Shown: positions 17,893-27,655, numbered from the stretch's first letter. The stretch: DNA of 61,814 bases from an uncultured Candidatus Saccharibacteria bacterium (GCA_964387675.1 CAYLWL010000004.1:1-61814); one strand, 5' to 3'. Made by a program: numbers and translations. Notes: a model not told the origin generated them from the letters alone.

Positions 17893-20517
17893 TTATCCGC
17901 TTGCTTCGCTCGCGGAGGAGGGTAAACGAAAAACTCTTTTCCCCAGCTCTACGGCAACAATATTCAGCAAACCGACCAGCACGACGCCCAGTAACCAAGA
18001 GGGCGGCAAGGCAACGGTGCCGAGCAAGGATTGCAGGAACGGGACGTAGATCGCCGCAAACATAAGCAAGGTCCCGGCGCCAACCCCCGCCAGCAAGTAA
18101 CGATTCGAGAATACGGGGTACTCCAAAATGCTTTTTTCCAAGCTCCTCACCGAAAAAGCCAGGAAGAGCGTGTAACTTCCGAAGCTTGCGAAAATAAACG
18201 TTTTTACCAAATCCGCGGGGAAGCCAAAGCGCAGCAACAGCCAATATAAGACGAATAACAGGGCGCTTGTTGAGATTCCCACGAATACGATTAAAAACCT
18301 CACCAAGGGGTCGAATAAGCCCTTTTTCATGCTCCTCGGACGACGGGAAAAACCGTCAACATCTTTTTCAAACGCAAACGCGATAGCCGGGAAGCTGTCC
18401 GAAAAAAAGTTTACCCAGAGGAGTTGAAGCGCGTTCAAGGGAAGCGCGAGACCGGTTACGAGGGCGCCTCCGATCAAAAAAAGTTCATCGGTCACGCCCG
18501 AGAGCAGATACACCATCACTTTGCGGATATTATTCAGGATTTTTCTGCCTTCTTCGACAGCGGCGGCGATCGTCTCGAAATTGTCGTCGAGAAGCACGAG
18601 GTCGGCAACATCTCGCGCCACCTCCGTCCCCGATCCCATCGCGATACCCACATCCGCGCGTTGGATGCTCGGCGCGTCGTTCACCCCGTCGCCGGTCATG
18701 GCAACCACCTCTCCCGTCTCCTGGAAAGCGTTCACAATTCTCATTTTGTCCGTAGGCGATACGCGCGAGATAACCCGGAGAAAAGGCAATTTCTCTTTAA
18801 GGTCATGATCCGATAATATCCGAAGCTCCTCGGCGTCAAGCACGCTCTTGCCGTCTATCCGCATGCCCACCTCCCGCGCGATCGATTCCGCGGTGCCGCG
18901 ATGGTCGCCCGTCATAATGACGGTTTTTATTCCCGCCAGCTCAACACGATGCAAGGCGTGCTCGACGCCCGGCCGGATCGGGTCGCGCAAGGTGATCAAT
19001 CCCCGGAAAGAGAGGTGATCAAACTTCAAGTCCTTCGAAAACAGAAAGTCCTTTTTCGCCTCTATTTCTTTGGTTGCCACTCCGAGCACAAGCTCGCCCG
19101 CGCCCGCCAGCGCGTTGATGCTTTCCAAAACCCCGGCTCTTCTTGCGGCATCAAGCGTCGAATGGTTGACGAAAATATCCGGCGCTCCAAAAAAGACCAG
19201 CCGATGCCTTCCGCGGTCGTGTATAAGCGAGGCGGAAAACTTGTTGACCGCGTTAAACGGCAGGAAATTGAGCGTGGAGACCTTCCTTCTGGCCGTTTCG
19301 AGCGTTATGCCCCGGAGCGCGGCGGATCGCACGAGCGCAGCTTCCAACGCCCGGCCATTGATTCGCCATTCGGGCGGAGGATCTTGCGGGTTCTCTACGA
19401 GAACGCTGGTATTCAAAAGCGCGGATTCAAGCACTTCCGCTTCTTTCCCTTCCTCCACCGGCAATATTTTGCCGAGTTCCATTTTCGCCATGGTGAGGGT
19501 TCCCGTTTTATCGGTCAGAATAACCGTGGTACTGCCCAAGGACTCCGCGGCAACCAATTTTCTCACCACGCCCTTGCGCCGCGCCATGCGCTGTACTCCT
19601 ATCGCGAGAATAATGGTCATCGCGACCGGAAGCCCCTCGGGAACCGCGGAGACAACGATCGCAACCGATGTAAGAAACATTTCCGCGACAGAGTGCCCCA
19701 CGGCAACGCCAATGCCGAAAATGACCAGCGTAAGAACGCCCAACAACGCTCCCGCTTGTATGCTAAAACGCTTAATCGCTTTCTGTAACGGCGTTTCTTC
19801 CCTGCTGGATTCGGCGACAAGGGACGCGATTTTCCCCAATTCCGTGGAAAGATCGGTGCGGCAAACTATGGCAGTGGCAACGCCCTGCACCACAAGCGTG
19901 CCCGCGAAAATCATGGAGTGCTGGTTGCCCAAAGCCGCGTCGGCCTTCACCGGCTCAACCGACTTGGAAACGGGCAAGGACTCGCCGGTAAGAATCGACT
20001 CGTCAACCTGCAAATCGTTCACGAAGAAGAGACGTCCATCCGCCGGAACGCGATCCCCTTGAGTGAGACGGATAATATCTCCCGGCACGAGCATTGCCGA
20101 GTCAATTTCGCGTTCGGCGTCGCCGCGAATAACCCGCGACCGCTGTTTCAGATACGTTTTGAGTTCCCCGAGGGCTTTCTCGGCTTTATACTCCTGATAA
20201 AAACCCAGAGCGGCGTTCACGACAACGGCGGCAAGAATAAAGAAGGCGTCGCGATGATGAGAAATAAAAAACATAACCACGCCCGCAAAAAGCAGGGTTG
20301 CGATCAGCGGACTCTTAAACTGGTTTAACAGAAGAAGCAGGCGGGCGGGCGCCTGCCGTTTTTCAATCACGTTCGGGCCGAAGGTTTTTAACCGCGTTTC
20401 GGCTTCATCTTCCGAGATGCCGCTTTGAAGGTCTGTTTGCGCTATCTCGGCAACCTCCTGCGCGGAGAGTGCCCAGAAAAAACGTTTTTGCGATTCACCG
20501 ATGGATTCTTCCCGCAT
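17893..20517 (-). CDS. Cation-transporting P-type ATPase (type II, Ca2+-like)
   Basis: TGES, PEGL, DKTGTLT, TGD, GDGVNDAP. Confidence 0.95.
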   Translation of the reverse strand: MREESIGESQKRFFWALSAQEVAEIAQTDLQSGISEDEAETRLKTFGPNVIEKRQAPARLLLLLNQFKSPLIATLLFAGVVMFFISHHRDAFFILAAVVVNAALGFYQEYKAEKALGELKTYLKQRSRVIRGDAEREIDSAMLVPGDIIRLTQGDRVPADGRLFFVNDLQVDESILTGESLPVSKSVEPVKADAALGNQHSMIFAGTLVVQGVATAIVCRTDLSTELGKIASLVAESSREETPLQKAIKRFSIQAGALLGVLTLVIFGIGVAVGHSVAEMFLTSVAIVVSAVPEGLPVAMTIILAIGVQRMARRKGVVRKLVAAESLGSTTVILTDKTGTLTMAKMELGKILPVEEGKEAEVLESALLNTSVLVENPQDPPPEWRINGRALEAALVRSAALRGITLETARRKVSTLNFLPFNAVNKFSASLIHDRGRHRLVFFGAPDIFVNHSTLDAARRAGVLESINALAGAGELVLGVATKEIEAKKDFLFSKDLKFDHLSFRGLITLRDPIRPGVEHALHRVELAGIKTVIMTGDHRGTAESIAREVGMRIDGKSVLDAEELRILSDHDLKEKLPFLRVISRVSPTDKMRIVNAFQETGEVVAMTGDGVNDAPSIQRADVGIAMGSGTEVARDVADLVLLDDNFETIAAAVEEGRKILNNIRKVMVYLLSGVTDELFLIGGALVTGLALPLNALQLLWVNFFSDSFPAIAFAFEKDVDGFSRRPRSMKKGLFDPLVRFLIVFVGISTSALLFVLYWLLLRFGFPADLVKTFIFASFGSYTLFLAFSVRSLEKSILEYPVFSNRYLLAGVGAGTLLMFAAIYVPFLQSLLGTVALPPSWLLGVVLVGLLNIVAVELGKRVFRLPSSASEASG

Positions 20518-21074
20518 TACAGTGTTTTCGCAATCAAACCGACCAAAAAGATGCCAACGAAGTTAGAAACCAGCGAAAGAGGGATGAACCAAAACGTCCC
20601 CATCTTCGAAAAACCCAAGAGCCCGATCCCCAGCTCGTCGGGGAGGGGAGAGGCGAGGATCAATCCTCCCGCGAAAAACGTCAGCCACCTCACCATTCTC
20701 AACCGCAACAACGCCTTGACTCTCTTGCTTGGTTTTTGGTGACTCAACAACTCCGCGAGGTGCTCGGAGGCCATGTCTCGGACAAAACGGAAGATGATTA
20801 AATCTCCAACCGTCGCCCCCAACGCCCCGACAAGAGCCGTCAGCGCCACGGAATTCGCTCTCGCAATTTCGCCAAGCGTAACGAGCGCCGGAGCAGTGGT
20901 GAAAACCGAGGTAAAAAACAAACCGGCGATAAAGGTCCCTATGAGTTTGGTCTCCCGCGTCGAGGTCAATATCTCCGCAAGAACCCCCGTCTTCACCAAC
21001 ATCAACGCGATAACAATACTAAGAGCAATTATCCCGACATCTCTCATGAAACCGTTTGTGTGATTTTTTTTCAT
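20517..21074 (-). CDS. Membrane protein (DedA/VTT-like), coupled to the ATPase by TAATG
   Basis: 185 aa, about 5 TM, SPLPDELG motif; stop overlaps the ATPase start. Confidence 0.7.
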   Translation of the reverse strand: MKKNHTNGFMRDVGIIALSIVIALMLVKTGVLAEILTSTRETKLIGTFIAGLFFTSVFTTAPALVTLGEIARANSVALTALVGALGATVGDLIIFRFVRDMASEHLAELLSHQKPSKRVKALLRLRMVRWLTFFAGGLILASPLPDELGIGLLGFSKMGTFWFIPLSLVSNFVGIFLVGLIAKTL

Positions 21075-21085
21075 GATCTTTTGTG

Positions 21086-21157
21086 TGCGCTCGCGGGGAA
21101 TTGAACCTCGATCTCATCCTTCGGAGGGATGCATTCTATCCGTTGAACTACGAGCGC
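21086..21157 (-). tRNA. tRNA-Arg(CCG)
   Basis: GCGCTCG/CGAGCGC acceptor stem, CATCC-CT CCG AA-GGATG anticodon arm, GGTTCAATTCC T arm. Confidence 0.95.
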
Positions 21158-21203
21158 TTTCCCGTTTATCCTAGAACCCAGCTCAAAAATAATCAATTCG
21201 CAC

Positions 21204-21237
21204 AACATCCTTACAAACTCCAGTTTGTAAGGATGTT
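21204..21237. repeat. Palindrome family P1, copy 2 (perfect 15-bp arms)
   Basis: AACATCCTTACAAAC-TCCA-GTTTGTAAGGATGTT between the permease stop and tRNA-Arg. Confidence 0.92.
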
Positions 21238-21249
21238 TTCGAGGTTGCT

Positions 21250-22371
21250 TCAAGTATTTATTTTTAAAATTGGTTCCACTACAAAATAGTAGATTTCATA
21301 AACCGCCCCGAGGATAAACACGAGCGCGGCGAGGTGCACCGCGAGACCCTGGAGGCGCGGCAATCGCAAGGCGCGGCGGGCGACGAAAATAATCAACAGA
21401 TATTCCAAGCTCGCGAAGAGCCCCCCGGCGAGCCCGATCACTTTCAAAAAGTTGTTCACGCCGGCAAAAACGAGGAGAAGCGGCAAAAAAATCACGGCGG
21501 GCACCACGAAACTTTTCGGCCAGCGCAGATCTTCCGTAAGGGCGTTTTTTATCTCAAGCATAATCAAGCCGTAGGACTTCCAAACGGCGACGGCGCCGAA
21601 AACGGCGAGGAGCAGTTTAATCCATAGAAAATCTCCCGCGAAGCTCGAGATCGTATCGGGCAAAACGCGGGGCGCAAGAGATAAAATCCCCAAGACGAAT
21701 ACAATATAAAGAATCGCCGCGATGATGGTGCCAAGCGGCAATGACACGTTCCACGAAGAACCGCCCCGCGTCTCTCGACGCATCCCATACAACGGCTCGA
21801 TCGCCGTCCATCCCGCCAAAGAAAAAAGCAAGGCGCCGAAAGGCAAAAACAAATCGTTAAAACGGGAAGCGGTCGGCGGCAATGTCCGCGGCAAACCGCC
21901 CAGTAAAAAAATAGATGCCATAAGAATCGCGGTGAGTATCGCCCCGATATTTTCCAGGAAGAGCGCTTTCTTTTCTTTGAAGAGAAGCGGCGCGGCGCAT
22001 ACGAACCAAAACACAAGCAATGCCGGCTGTTCGCTCCACGACGGCAACAACGCGACAATAAACCTGCTTCCCAAAATGAGGTAGACGACAAGAACCAAGA
22101 GGAGTCCGAGTACGATTGTGGCAAACCCAAGAACATACCCGATGCCGCCAAGATGCCTCTTCGCGAGTCCGAGCAATCGTTCGCGCTCGCCGACGGCATC
22201 GAGCATTTGCCAATATACCCTGTGCACGAAAATGACGATGACACTCAACACCGCAATATAGAGAACGCTTACCCAAAAACCCGCCGTCGAAAAAACATAC
22301 GGGAGGGCAAACACGCCCGCTCCGATCGTAGCGGCAACAACAACTCCCGCTTCGCGCAAAACCCTCATCAT
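21250..22371 (-). CDS. Amino acid permease (aromatic amino acid transporter-like)
   Basis: N-terminal TIGAGVFALPY, about 11 TM, FGALLFSLAG. Confidence 0.85.
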   Translation of the reverse strand: MMRVLREAGVVVAATIGAGVFALPYVFSTAGFWVSVLYIAVLSVIVIFVHRVYWQMLDAVGERERLLGLAKRHLGGIGYVLGFATIVLGLLLVLVVYLILGSRFIVALLPSWSEQPALLVFWFVCAAPLLFKEKKALFLENIGAILTAILMASIFLLGGLPRTLPPTASRFNDLFLPFGALLFSLAGWTAIEPLYGMRRETRGGSSWNVSLPLGTIIAAILYIVFVLGILSLAPRVLPDTISSFAGDFLWIKLLLAVFGAVAVWKSYGLIMLEIKNALTEDLRWPKSFVVPAVIFLPLLLVFAGVNNFLKVIGLAGGLFASLEYLLIIFVARRALRLPRLQGLAVHLAALVFILGAVYEIYYFVVEPILKINT

Positions 22372-22679
22372 TACTCAACGGCAAAAACCAAGTCCCCTTC
22401 CCGAACCCGCTTTTTTACTTTCACGCCCACCTGTTTGCCTTTGGGCGCGGCGGCAAGCGGCTTGTGGTCATACTGCATTGACTTTGCCGTATCGATAAAG
22501 TCCGTCGTCGCTCCGCGAAATTGCAATTTCGAGCCGGCGGGAACCTTTGTATTGAACTTCACGATGGCGACGCGGATGCCGGTATAAAAATGCGTTACTT
22601 TGCCGATCGGTTTCTGCTTGCGCGGTTTCCCTCGCGTCTTCGTTTCTTTTGCTTTCTGATTCCCTTTTGTTTTTGCCAT
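22371..22679 (-). CDS. Small beta-barrel protein (EF-Tu domain II / U32 peptidase C-terminal-like)
   Basis: IGKVTHFY..I.VAIV, F.G..TDF..T..SMQ..H, G..VGVKV..RVREGD.V; Lys-rich N-terminus. Confidence 0.75.
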   Translation of the reverse strand: MAKTKGNQKAKETKTRGKPRKQKPIGKVTHFYTGIRVAIVKFNTKVPAGSKLQFRGATTDFIDTAKSMQYDHKPLAAAPKGKQVGVKVKKRVREGDLVFAVE

Positions 22680-22699
22680 ATCACTTATTCCTTGTTGCT

Positions 22700-23290
22700 C
22701 TACGAAATTTCTTTTTCTTCTTGCTCCATCATAACAATAACCTTCTCAAGCAACTTTCGAGGATCGGCTTCGAATATCACTTTTCCTTGTCCGCGGTGAG
22801 CGGCTTCCAAAATTTGCGGGAGCAAGCTCGTCGTGCCTCCGGCCCCCGAAAGAACTCCTTGGGGCTTTCCGTCTTCGAACGCATCGGTAAATTCGTTAAG
22901 CGTCCCGATCCTTCCGGCAAGCGTGATGACGGCGTCCGACGCTCTCGTGAGCAGTAAGTTCCGGCCGGAATATCCGAAACCGGTGTAGATGATGAGATCA
23001 TGGTAATCGATGGGCAGTTTGTAAACGTTGACGTGCTCGCGTTTCGTGGCCGCCGGAGAAATTCCCACCACAAACCCGCCGGCTTCTTTGGCGCCCTTGG
23101 CGGCCCAGTACGGCGCGCCCGTCGTCGCGCCCGTTACCAACGTCAAGTTTTTCTCGGCGATCAATCTGCCTAAAAGCTCGGAGTTCGCAAGTGTTTCTCC
23201 GTTAAAATGAGAAGTGTCGGCGGCTCCCGAAACGCACACTTTGTAGCGAGGATAGAACGAGCCCTCCCGGTGAGTTGGGTCTTTATGCAT
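22700..23290 (-). CDS. LOG/SLOG family protein (TIGR00725-like)
   Basis: VSGAA, LVTGATTG, GGRIGTLNE-like segment. Start set at ATG 23290, 7 nt after TATAAT. Confidence 0.85.
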   Translation of the reverse strand: MHKDPTHREGSFYPRYKVCVSGAADTSHFNGETLANSELLGRLIAEKNLTLVTGATTGAPYWAAKGAKEAGGFVVGISPAATKREHVNVYKLPIDYHDLIIYTGFGYSGRNLLLTRASDAVITLAGRIGTLNEFTDAFEDGKPQGVLSGAGGTTSLLPQILEAAHRGQGKVIFEADPRKLLEKVIVMMEQEEKEIS

Positions 23291-23298
23291 ACCACTTA

Positions 23299-24690
23299 TT
23301 ATAACACGACTTCCCGGCCGATTTCCGGAATAACGGCGTCGACGGCGAGTTTGTCTCTGATTTTTGCGACCAATGCTTCGCTCGACCGCCCTTCTCCCTG
23401 CACCACAAACACCTTTTTCAGCGTCGTTCTCATCGGCGAAAGCCAAGCGAGAAGGCGCGGCTGGTCGGCATGCGCGGAATAGGCGGGAATGGATCTTTTC
23501 TTGCAAAGAATCTGGATATCTTCTCCAAAAATCCGCACCGTCTCCGCGCCGTCTAAAATAGCCCTCCCAAGAGACCCTTCGGCCTGATAACCAACAAACA
23601 AAATGGTGCTTTTCGGATCGGGAAGATAGCGAATTTCGTGGTGCAAAATTCTCCCTCCTTGGGACATACCGGAGCCGGCAATGATAATCTTCGGCGGCGG
23701 CACATCGTTGATCTCTTTCGACTGCTCCGTCGTGAGTGTCAAGCGAAGCCCGGGAAAATGCAAAATATCGTCGCCGGAGCGGGCGATGGCCCGCGTTTCT
23801 TTGTTAAAATAACGCTCGTATTTTTTATACACGGCGGTCAGTTTAATGGCCAAAGGGCTGTCGATAAAAACCGGCACGCGCGGCACTCGTCCTTCTTCGA
23901 AGAGTTGATGCATGTGGTACAAGAGTTCCTGGGTTCTCTCCATCGCGAATGTCGGAATGAGGAGCGTCCCTTTGGTCTTCACGGCATCTTCGATGACGTC
24001 TTCAAGGATTTCCCGCCTTGTATCGACATTTTCATGCACTTTGTCGCCGTAGGTCGATTCGATGAGCGCATAATCGGCGGCGTCAATCGTTTCTGTAGGA
24101 TGAATGATGGGCGCCGGAGAGTTGCCAAGATCGCCGGAAAAAATAATCGTCTTCCCCCCTGCGACAACCTTTATAAAAGCCGAGCCCAGAATATGCCCCG
24201 CGTCGAAAAATTCAACCGAAAAACCGCTCACGTCCACGGGCGCGTGATAGTCGACTCCCTCCCATGCTTTCATTACAACTAACACATCTTCTAATCCGTA
24301 AAGCGGCTTCTTGCCTTCCCGCTCCGCTTCTTTCGCAAGAATGTGTTCCGAATCCAAGAGTAGTAATTCAGAAAAATCCTTAGTGGCCGGGGTCGAGTAA
24401 ATCTTCCCCCGAAAACCGTTCTTCACGAGCGTGGGCAGGCGGCCAATATGGTCGAGGTGCGAGTGGGTAATAAAAACCGCCTCGATGGTTTTGGGATCGT
24501 ACGGGAACGGCTCGAAGTTCCGGCGTTCCGCGTAGTGGCTCCCTTGGTGCAGTCCGCAGTCGATCATAATCTTCCTTGACTCATGCCTGCCCGCCGAAGC
24601 CTCGGCGAAGGCGGGACCCTTGACTCCCGACTCTAAAACATAATTCGAGCCGGTCACCTCTCCCACGCCGCCGTAAAAAGTAATCTTCAT
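23299..24690 (-). CDS. MBL/beta-CASP ribonuclease (Ysh1/CPSF-like)
   Basis: MKITFYGGVGEVTGS, HSHLDHIG, DAGHILGS, ESTYG, YSAHADQ. Start at ATG 24690. Confidence 0.92.
   Translation of the reverse strand: MKITFYGGVGEVTGSNYVLESGVKGPAFAEASAGRHESRKIMIDCGLHQGSHYAERRNFEPFPYDPKTIEAVFITHSHLDHIGRLPTLVKNGFRGKIYSTPATKDFSELLLLDSEHILAKEAEREGKKPLYGLEDVLVVMKAWEGVDYHAPVDVSGFSVEFFDAGHILGSAFIKVVAGGKTIIFSGDLGNSPAPIIHPTETIDAADYALIESTYGDKVHENVDTRREILEDVIEDAVKTKGTLLIPTFAMERTQELLYHMHQLFEEGRVPRVPVFIDSPLAIKLTAVYKKYERYFNKETRAIARSGDDILHFPGLRLTLTTEQSKEINDVPPPKIIIAGSGMSQGGRILHHEIRYLPDPKSTILFVGYQAEGSLGRAILDGAETVRIFGEDIQILCKKRSIPAYSAHADQPRLLAWLSPMRTTLKKVFVVQGEGRSSEALVAKIRDKLAVDAVIPEIGREVVL
24586..24615. repeat. REP-like 30-bp palindrome inserted in frame in the MBL nuclease gene
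   Basis: CCTGCCCGCCGAAGCCTCGGCGAAGGCGGG; read on the minus strand as PAFAEASAGR inside a loop that is normally short. Confidence 0.65.
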
Positions 24691-24718
24691 CCCATTATTA
24701 TAATCTAACCGCGCGATA

Positions 24719-25000
24719 TTGACACTCGCGACTTGCGTCCTGAAATATCGGGGTACCATCGCGCAAAGGTGGAAATGGGCGTCGTGCGACGACGAATTCG
24801 ACTGCCAGGAAATATTGAGGCGTCCCGGCGTAAATGAAGTGGAGATACTCTGGAGGAGCAGGGAGTTCGAGGCAACTTGCCGAGAGAGAACCAAAAAAGA
24901 GATGTTTTTGAGAAACGCCCTCGAAAAGTCCGAGGCGGGCGAAACGCTCACCGAGAAGGAACAAGGAGCGATCGAGGAAGACGCTTTTGTGTGCTGGTAG
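24719..25000 (+). CDS. Possible small hypothetical protein
   Basis: Fills a 330-nt gap between minus-strand genes; start doubtful because TTG 24719 coincides with a TTGACA box. Confidence 0.35.
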   Translation: MTLATCVLKYRGTIAQRWKWASCDDEFDCQEILRRPGVNEVEILWRSREFEATCRERTKKEMFLRNALEKSEAGETLTEKEQGAIEEDAFVCW

Positions 25001-25025
25001 AATTCGCGAAGTGAGGACTCTGTCG

Positions 25026-26345
25026 TCAATCGGCGACCCGATCATCTCGGGCCGCTTTTTTTAGCGTCTCCTCCACAACTTTTCTGTCGTTCCAGGAAAT
25101 TTTTTTGCCGTGGGCAACGTGGATAAAATCTTCGCTACCCTTTCCCGTAATAACCACCGTGTCCCCTTCCTTAGCAAGCGAAATTGCCTTGGAGATGGCT
25201 TCTTTTCTGTCGACGATTTTAAAAAGCTGGGACGGCGGCTTCAACTCTTCAAAACCTCTTGCAAGCTCTTCGACAATATCTCCGGGCTTCTCGTCGTACG
25301 GATCTTCGCTCGTGAGAATGACTTCGTCGCAGTATCCCGCGGCAATCTTTCCCATCACGGAACGCTTCCATTTGTCCCGCCCGCCCCCGGCCGCGCCAAG
25401 CACGCAGATGAGCTTAGAGACAAGAGCCGAGGGCGAAGAGCCAATTTCACCTTGCCCTTTGCTCTTTGCGATTTGCTCTCTTAAAAAATCATACACCTTT
25501 TTAAGGGAATCCGGCGTGTGGGCGTAATCCACAACGACGGAAAACGGCTCACGCGCCACAAACTCCATCCGGCCCGGCACGCCGTCGAATCCGCGCAATG
25601 CCTCTTTGATCGACTCTTCATCAATGCCGAGATCGCGCGCCACGACGATCGCGGAAGCGGCGTTATCTTGGTTGAAGTCGCTCGACAAAAATGGATTGTG
25701 GCTGTCCGCCGAAGACAGCAAGTTCCTCGTATTCGGATCGTTTCGTGAATATGTTTCCGCTCCGGACCCGCGAAGCTTCTCGGTGAAAAACTCGGAGTTT
25801 TTGTCGTCGCGATTGATAAACACCTTGCCTTTTCTTCGAAGCACGTACTCCAAAAAAGAAAGTTTTGCGTTTCGATAATTCTCGAAGGAGCCGTGCGACT
25901 CGATGTGCTCGGGCGCCAGATTCGTGAGCACTCCGACATTCCAAGAAATAAATCTGTGCCTCGAGCACGCTACGCCCTGCGACGTAACTTCTAGAAGCGC
26001 GTATGTGCATCCTGCCTTCACCGCCCTCCGTAAAAAATGCCTGATGTACGCGCGGCCGGGCATTGTATTGCCAAGCCGATTCTTCTCGCTCGTCTCGCCG
26101 ATTTTCACGCGCAAAGAAGAAAGCAAGGCGGTTTTTTTGCCGGCTTGCTCCAATATCGAATTCAAGAGCTCGAGCGTGGTCGTCTTCCCTTTCGTTCCCG
26201 TGATGCCGATCACGAAAAGCTTTTTGTCCGGCCGGCCATAGAGGATAACCCCGAAGAAAGCCCACAGATAATGATACAGCCACACCAGACCGGGCAGTTT
26301 ATACGCTTGTTGAACGACCGTGCTGTTTTTTATCTCATCAAGCAT
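25026..26345 (-). CDS. murE: Mur ligase, MurE-like (UDP-MurNAc-tripeptide synthetase)
   Basis: GITGTKGKTTT, EVTSQG, TNL.PEHIESH, VVVDYAHTPDSL. EDPY replaces DNPR, so the added amino acid is uncertain. Start ATG 26345 abuts the MITE. Confidence 0.88.
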   Translation of the reverse strand: MLDEIKNSTVVQQAYKLPGLVWLYHYLWAFFGVILYGRPDKKLFVIGITGTKGKTTTLELLNSILEQAGKKTALLSSLRVKIGETSEKNRLGNTMPGRAYIRHFLRRAVKAGCTYALLEVTSQGVACSRHRFISWNVGVLTNLAPEHIESHGSFENYRNAKLSFLEYVLRRKGKVFINRDDKNSEFFTEKLRGSGAETYSRNDPNTRNLLSSADSHNPFLSSDFNQDNAASAIVVARDLGIDEESIKEALRGFDGVPGRMEFVAREPFSVVVDYAHTPDSLKKVYDFLREQIAKSKGQGEIGSSPSALVSKLICVLGAAGGGRDKWKRSVMGKIAAGYCDEVILTSEDPYDEKPGDIVEELARGFEELKPPSQLFKIVDRKEAISKAISLAKEGDTVVITGKGSEDFIHVAHGKKISWNDRKVVEETLKKAARDDRVAD

Positions 26346-26619
26346 AGAACCCATCTCGAAAGTATCTTCAGCCGCGATACGAGCCAATTTCGGCTGACGC
26401 AAGGAGCGAGGACGAAGGTGTATCCCTAGATACTCCGAGTCCGAAGCGACACAGCGACAGGTGAAATTGGCCGTATCCCTTCGGGTTTTCGCTATTTTCC
26501 CGCTCCGCTGCGTTGCACCTTCGTCGGAGTACCAATGGGTACACCTTCCTCGTCGCGCCTTGCGGAGCGGAGAAAATATCAGAAAACGCGGCTTGAAGCA
26601 TACTTTTGAGATGGGTTCT
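26346..26619. mobile_element. MITE-like element family A, copy 1 (274 bp)
   Basis: Terminal inverted repeats AGAACCCATCTCGAAAGTAT / ATACTTTTGAGATGGGTTCT (19/20); internal sequence homologous to 48584-48855 in reverse orientation; no transposase. Confidence 0.8.
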
Positions 26620-26625
26620 GGTCAT

Positions 26626-26892
26626 TTATCGCGAACGAAACCTTTTTAACCAGACCTTCTTCATAACTCCGAGCGACAACGTGGAAAGCGCGAAAGCCGC
26701 GGTCGGGACTATTGCGGCAAGCCATGGCACTTCAACACCCAGCACCAGAAACGAAGCCACCGCCACCGCGTAGGTCAAAATCGCGACGGATACCTTCCTG
26801 ATCCAGCTCACCTCCCACGCCTTGTCGGCTTCAACGCGCAGGTTCCGTTCTTTGATTCTCTGTATCTCGTTTTCTAGTTGTTGTACGTCCAT
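26626..26892 (-). CDS. Small 2-TM membrane protein
   Basis: I..IKERN.RVEADKAWE.S..RK followed by two TM helices. Confidence 0.75.
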   Translation of the reverse strand: MDVQQLENEIQRIKERNLRVEADKAWEVSWIRKVSVAILTYAVAVASFLVLGVEVPWLAAIVPTAAFALSTLSLGVMKKVWLKRFRSR

Positions 26893-26936
26893 GAAAACCG
26901 GTCAATTTATTATACTCTCACCAACCCCGGGAGCGA

Positions 26937-27069
26937 AAACTTTCGTGTCGGAAGGAGCTCTTGGACCCAGCCGCAGCTTGGTCTCCGCGAAGCGGAGTGC
27001 GGCCGGGGAGAGGCAGCGATGGAATTCCGCAGGAGAATTCCAATCGCGGTCCTTCCGACACGAAAGTTT
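26937..27069. repeat. Nested-hairpin element B (133 bp) with perfect 20-bp terminal inverted repeats
   Basis: AAACTTTCGTGTCGGAAGGA ... TCCTTCCGACACGAAAGTTT; inner stem capped by TTCCGCAGGAGAA. Confidence 0.75.
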
Positions 27070-27076
27070 GAGCAAC

Positions 27077-27655
27077 CTACCTGCCACTCAAGACCTTGAG
27101 CGCCGCCTTCAGGCGCGCCTCCGTTCCGACAACCGTTTCCTCAACCTTCGAGAGCGCGGCTCGTACCTCGTCTCTCCGATACCCCAAACCCACCAGCGTT
27201 TCCACTAAATCCGCGTCGGATTCCATTTTTCTCACAACCACGTCGGACTGTTCCGCCTCGACTTTGCTTTTTAATTCGAGAATAATCCGCTCCGCGGTTT
27301 TTCTGCCGATGCCGGAGGCCTTCGTCAAAAGATCCGGTCTGCCCTCTTTGATGGCGGCGGCCAGATTTTTGAGTTCCGCGATATCCAAAATGGTAAGCGC
27401 GGATTTTGGCCCGACGCCGGAAACGGAGATGAGCATCTCGAAAAATCGGAGTTCTCTTTCGGAAACAAAACCATAGAGCTCAACGCCGTCTTCTCGAAGA
27501 TAAAAATATGAAAAAAGTTTCACGTCGGTTCCGGCGCTTGGCAATTTTCCAAGAGTGCGCTTGTTTACAAAAACCTTAAGGCCGAGGCCGGCGGCCTCGA
27601 CAACCACAAAGTGTTGGCATTTTGAAACCAGTTTGCCGGAAATGCTGTAGATCAC
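27077..27655 (-). CDS. ruvA: Holliday junction branch migration protein RuvA
   Basis: MIYSISG, LYGF, LISVSGVGPKSAL, GIGRKTAERIILELK. GTG 27655 lies 6 nt after TATAAT. Confidence 0.95.
   Translation of the reverse strand: MIYSISGKLVSKCQHFVVVEAAGLGLKVFVNKRTLGKLPSAGTDVKLFSYFYLREDGVELYGFVSERELRFFEMLISVSGVGPKSALTILDIAELKNLAAAIKEGRPDLLTKASGIGRKTAERIILELKSKVEAEQSDVVVRKMESDADLVETLVGLGYRRDEVRAALSKVEETVVGTEARLKAALKVLSGR

Noticed and set aside
24574-24626. 9-bp direct repeat CCTTGACTC flanking the REP-like insert as a target-site duplication
   Set aside because: The 44-nt spacing is not a multiple of 3, so simple insertion would have frameshifted an intact gene; probably coincidental or older.
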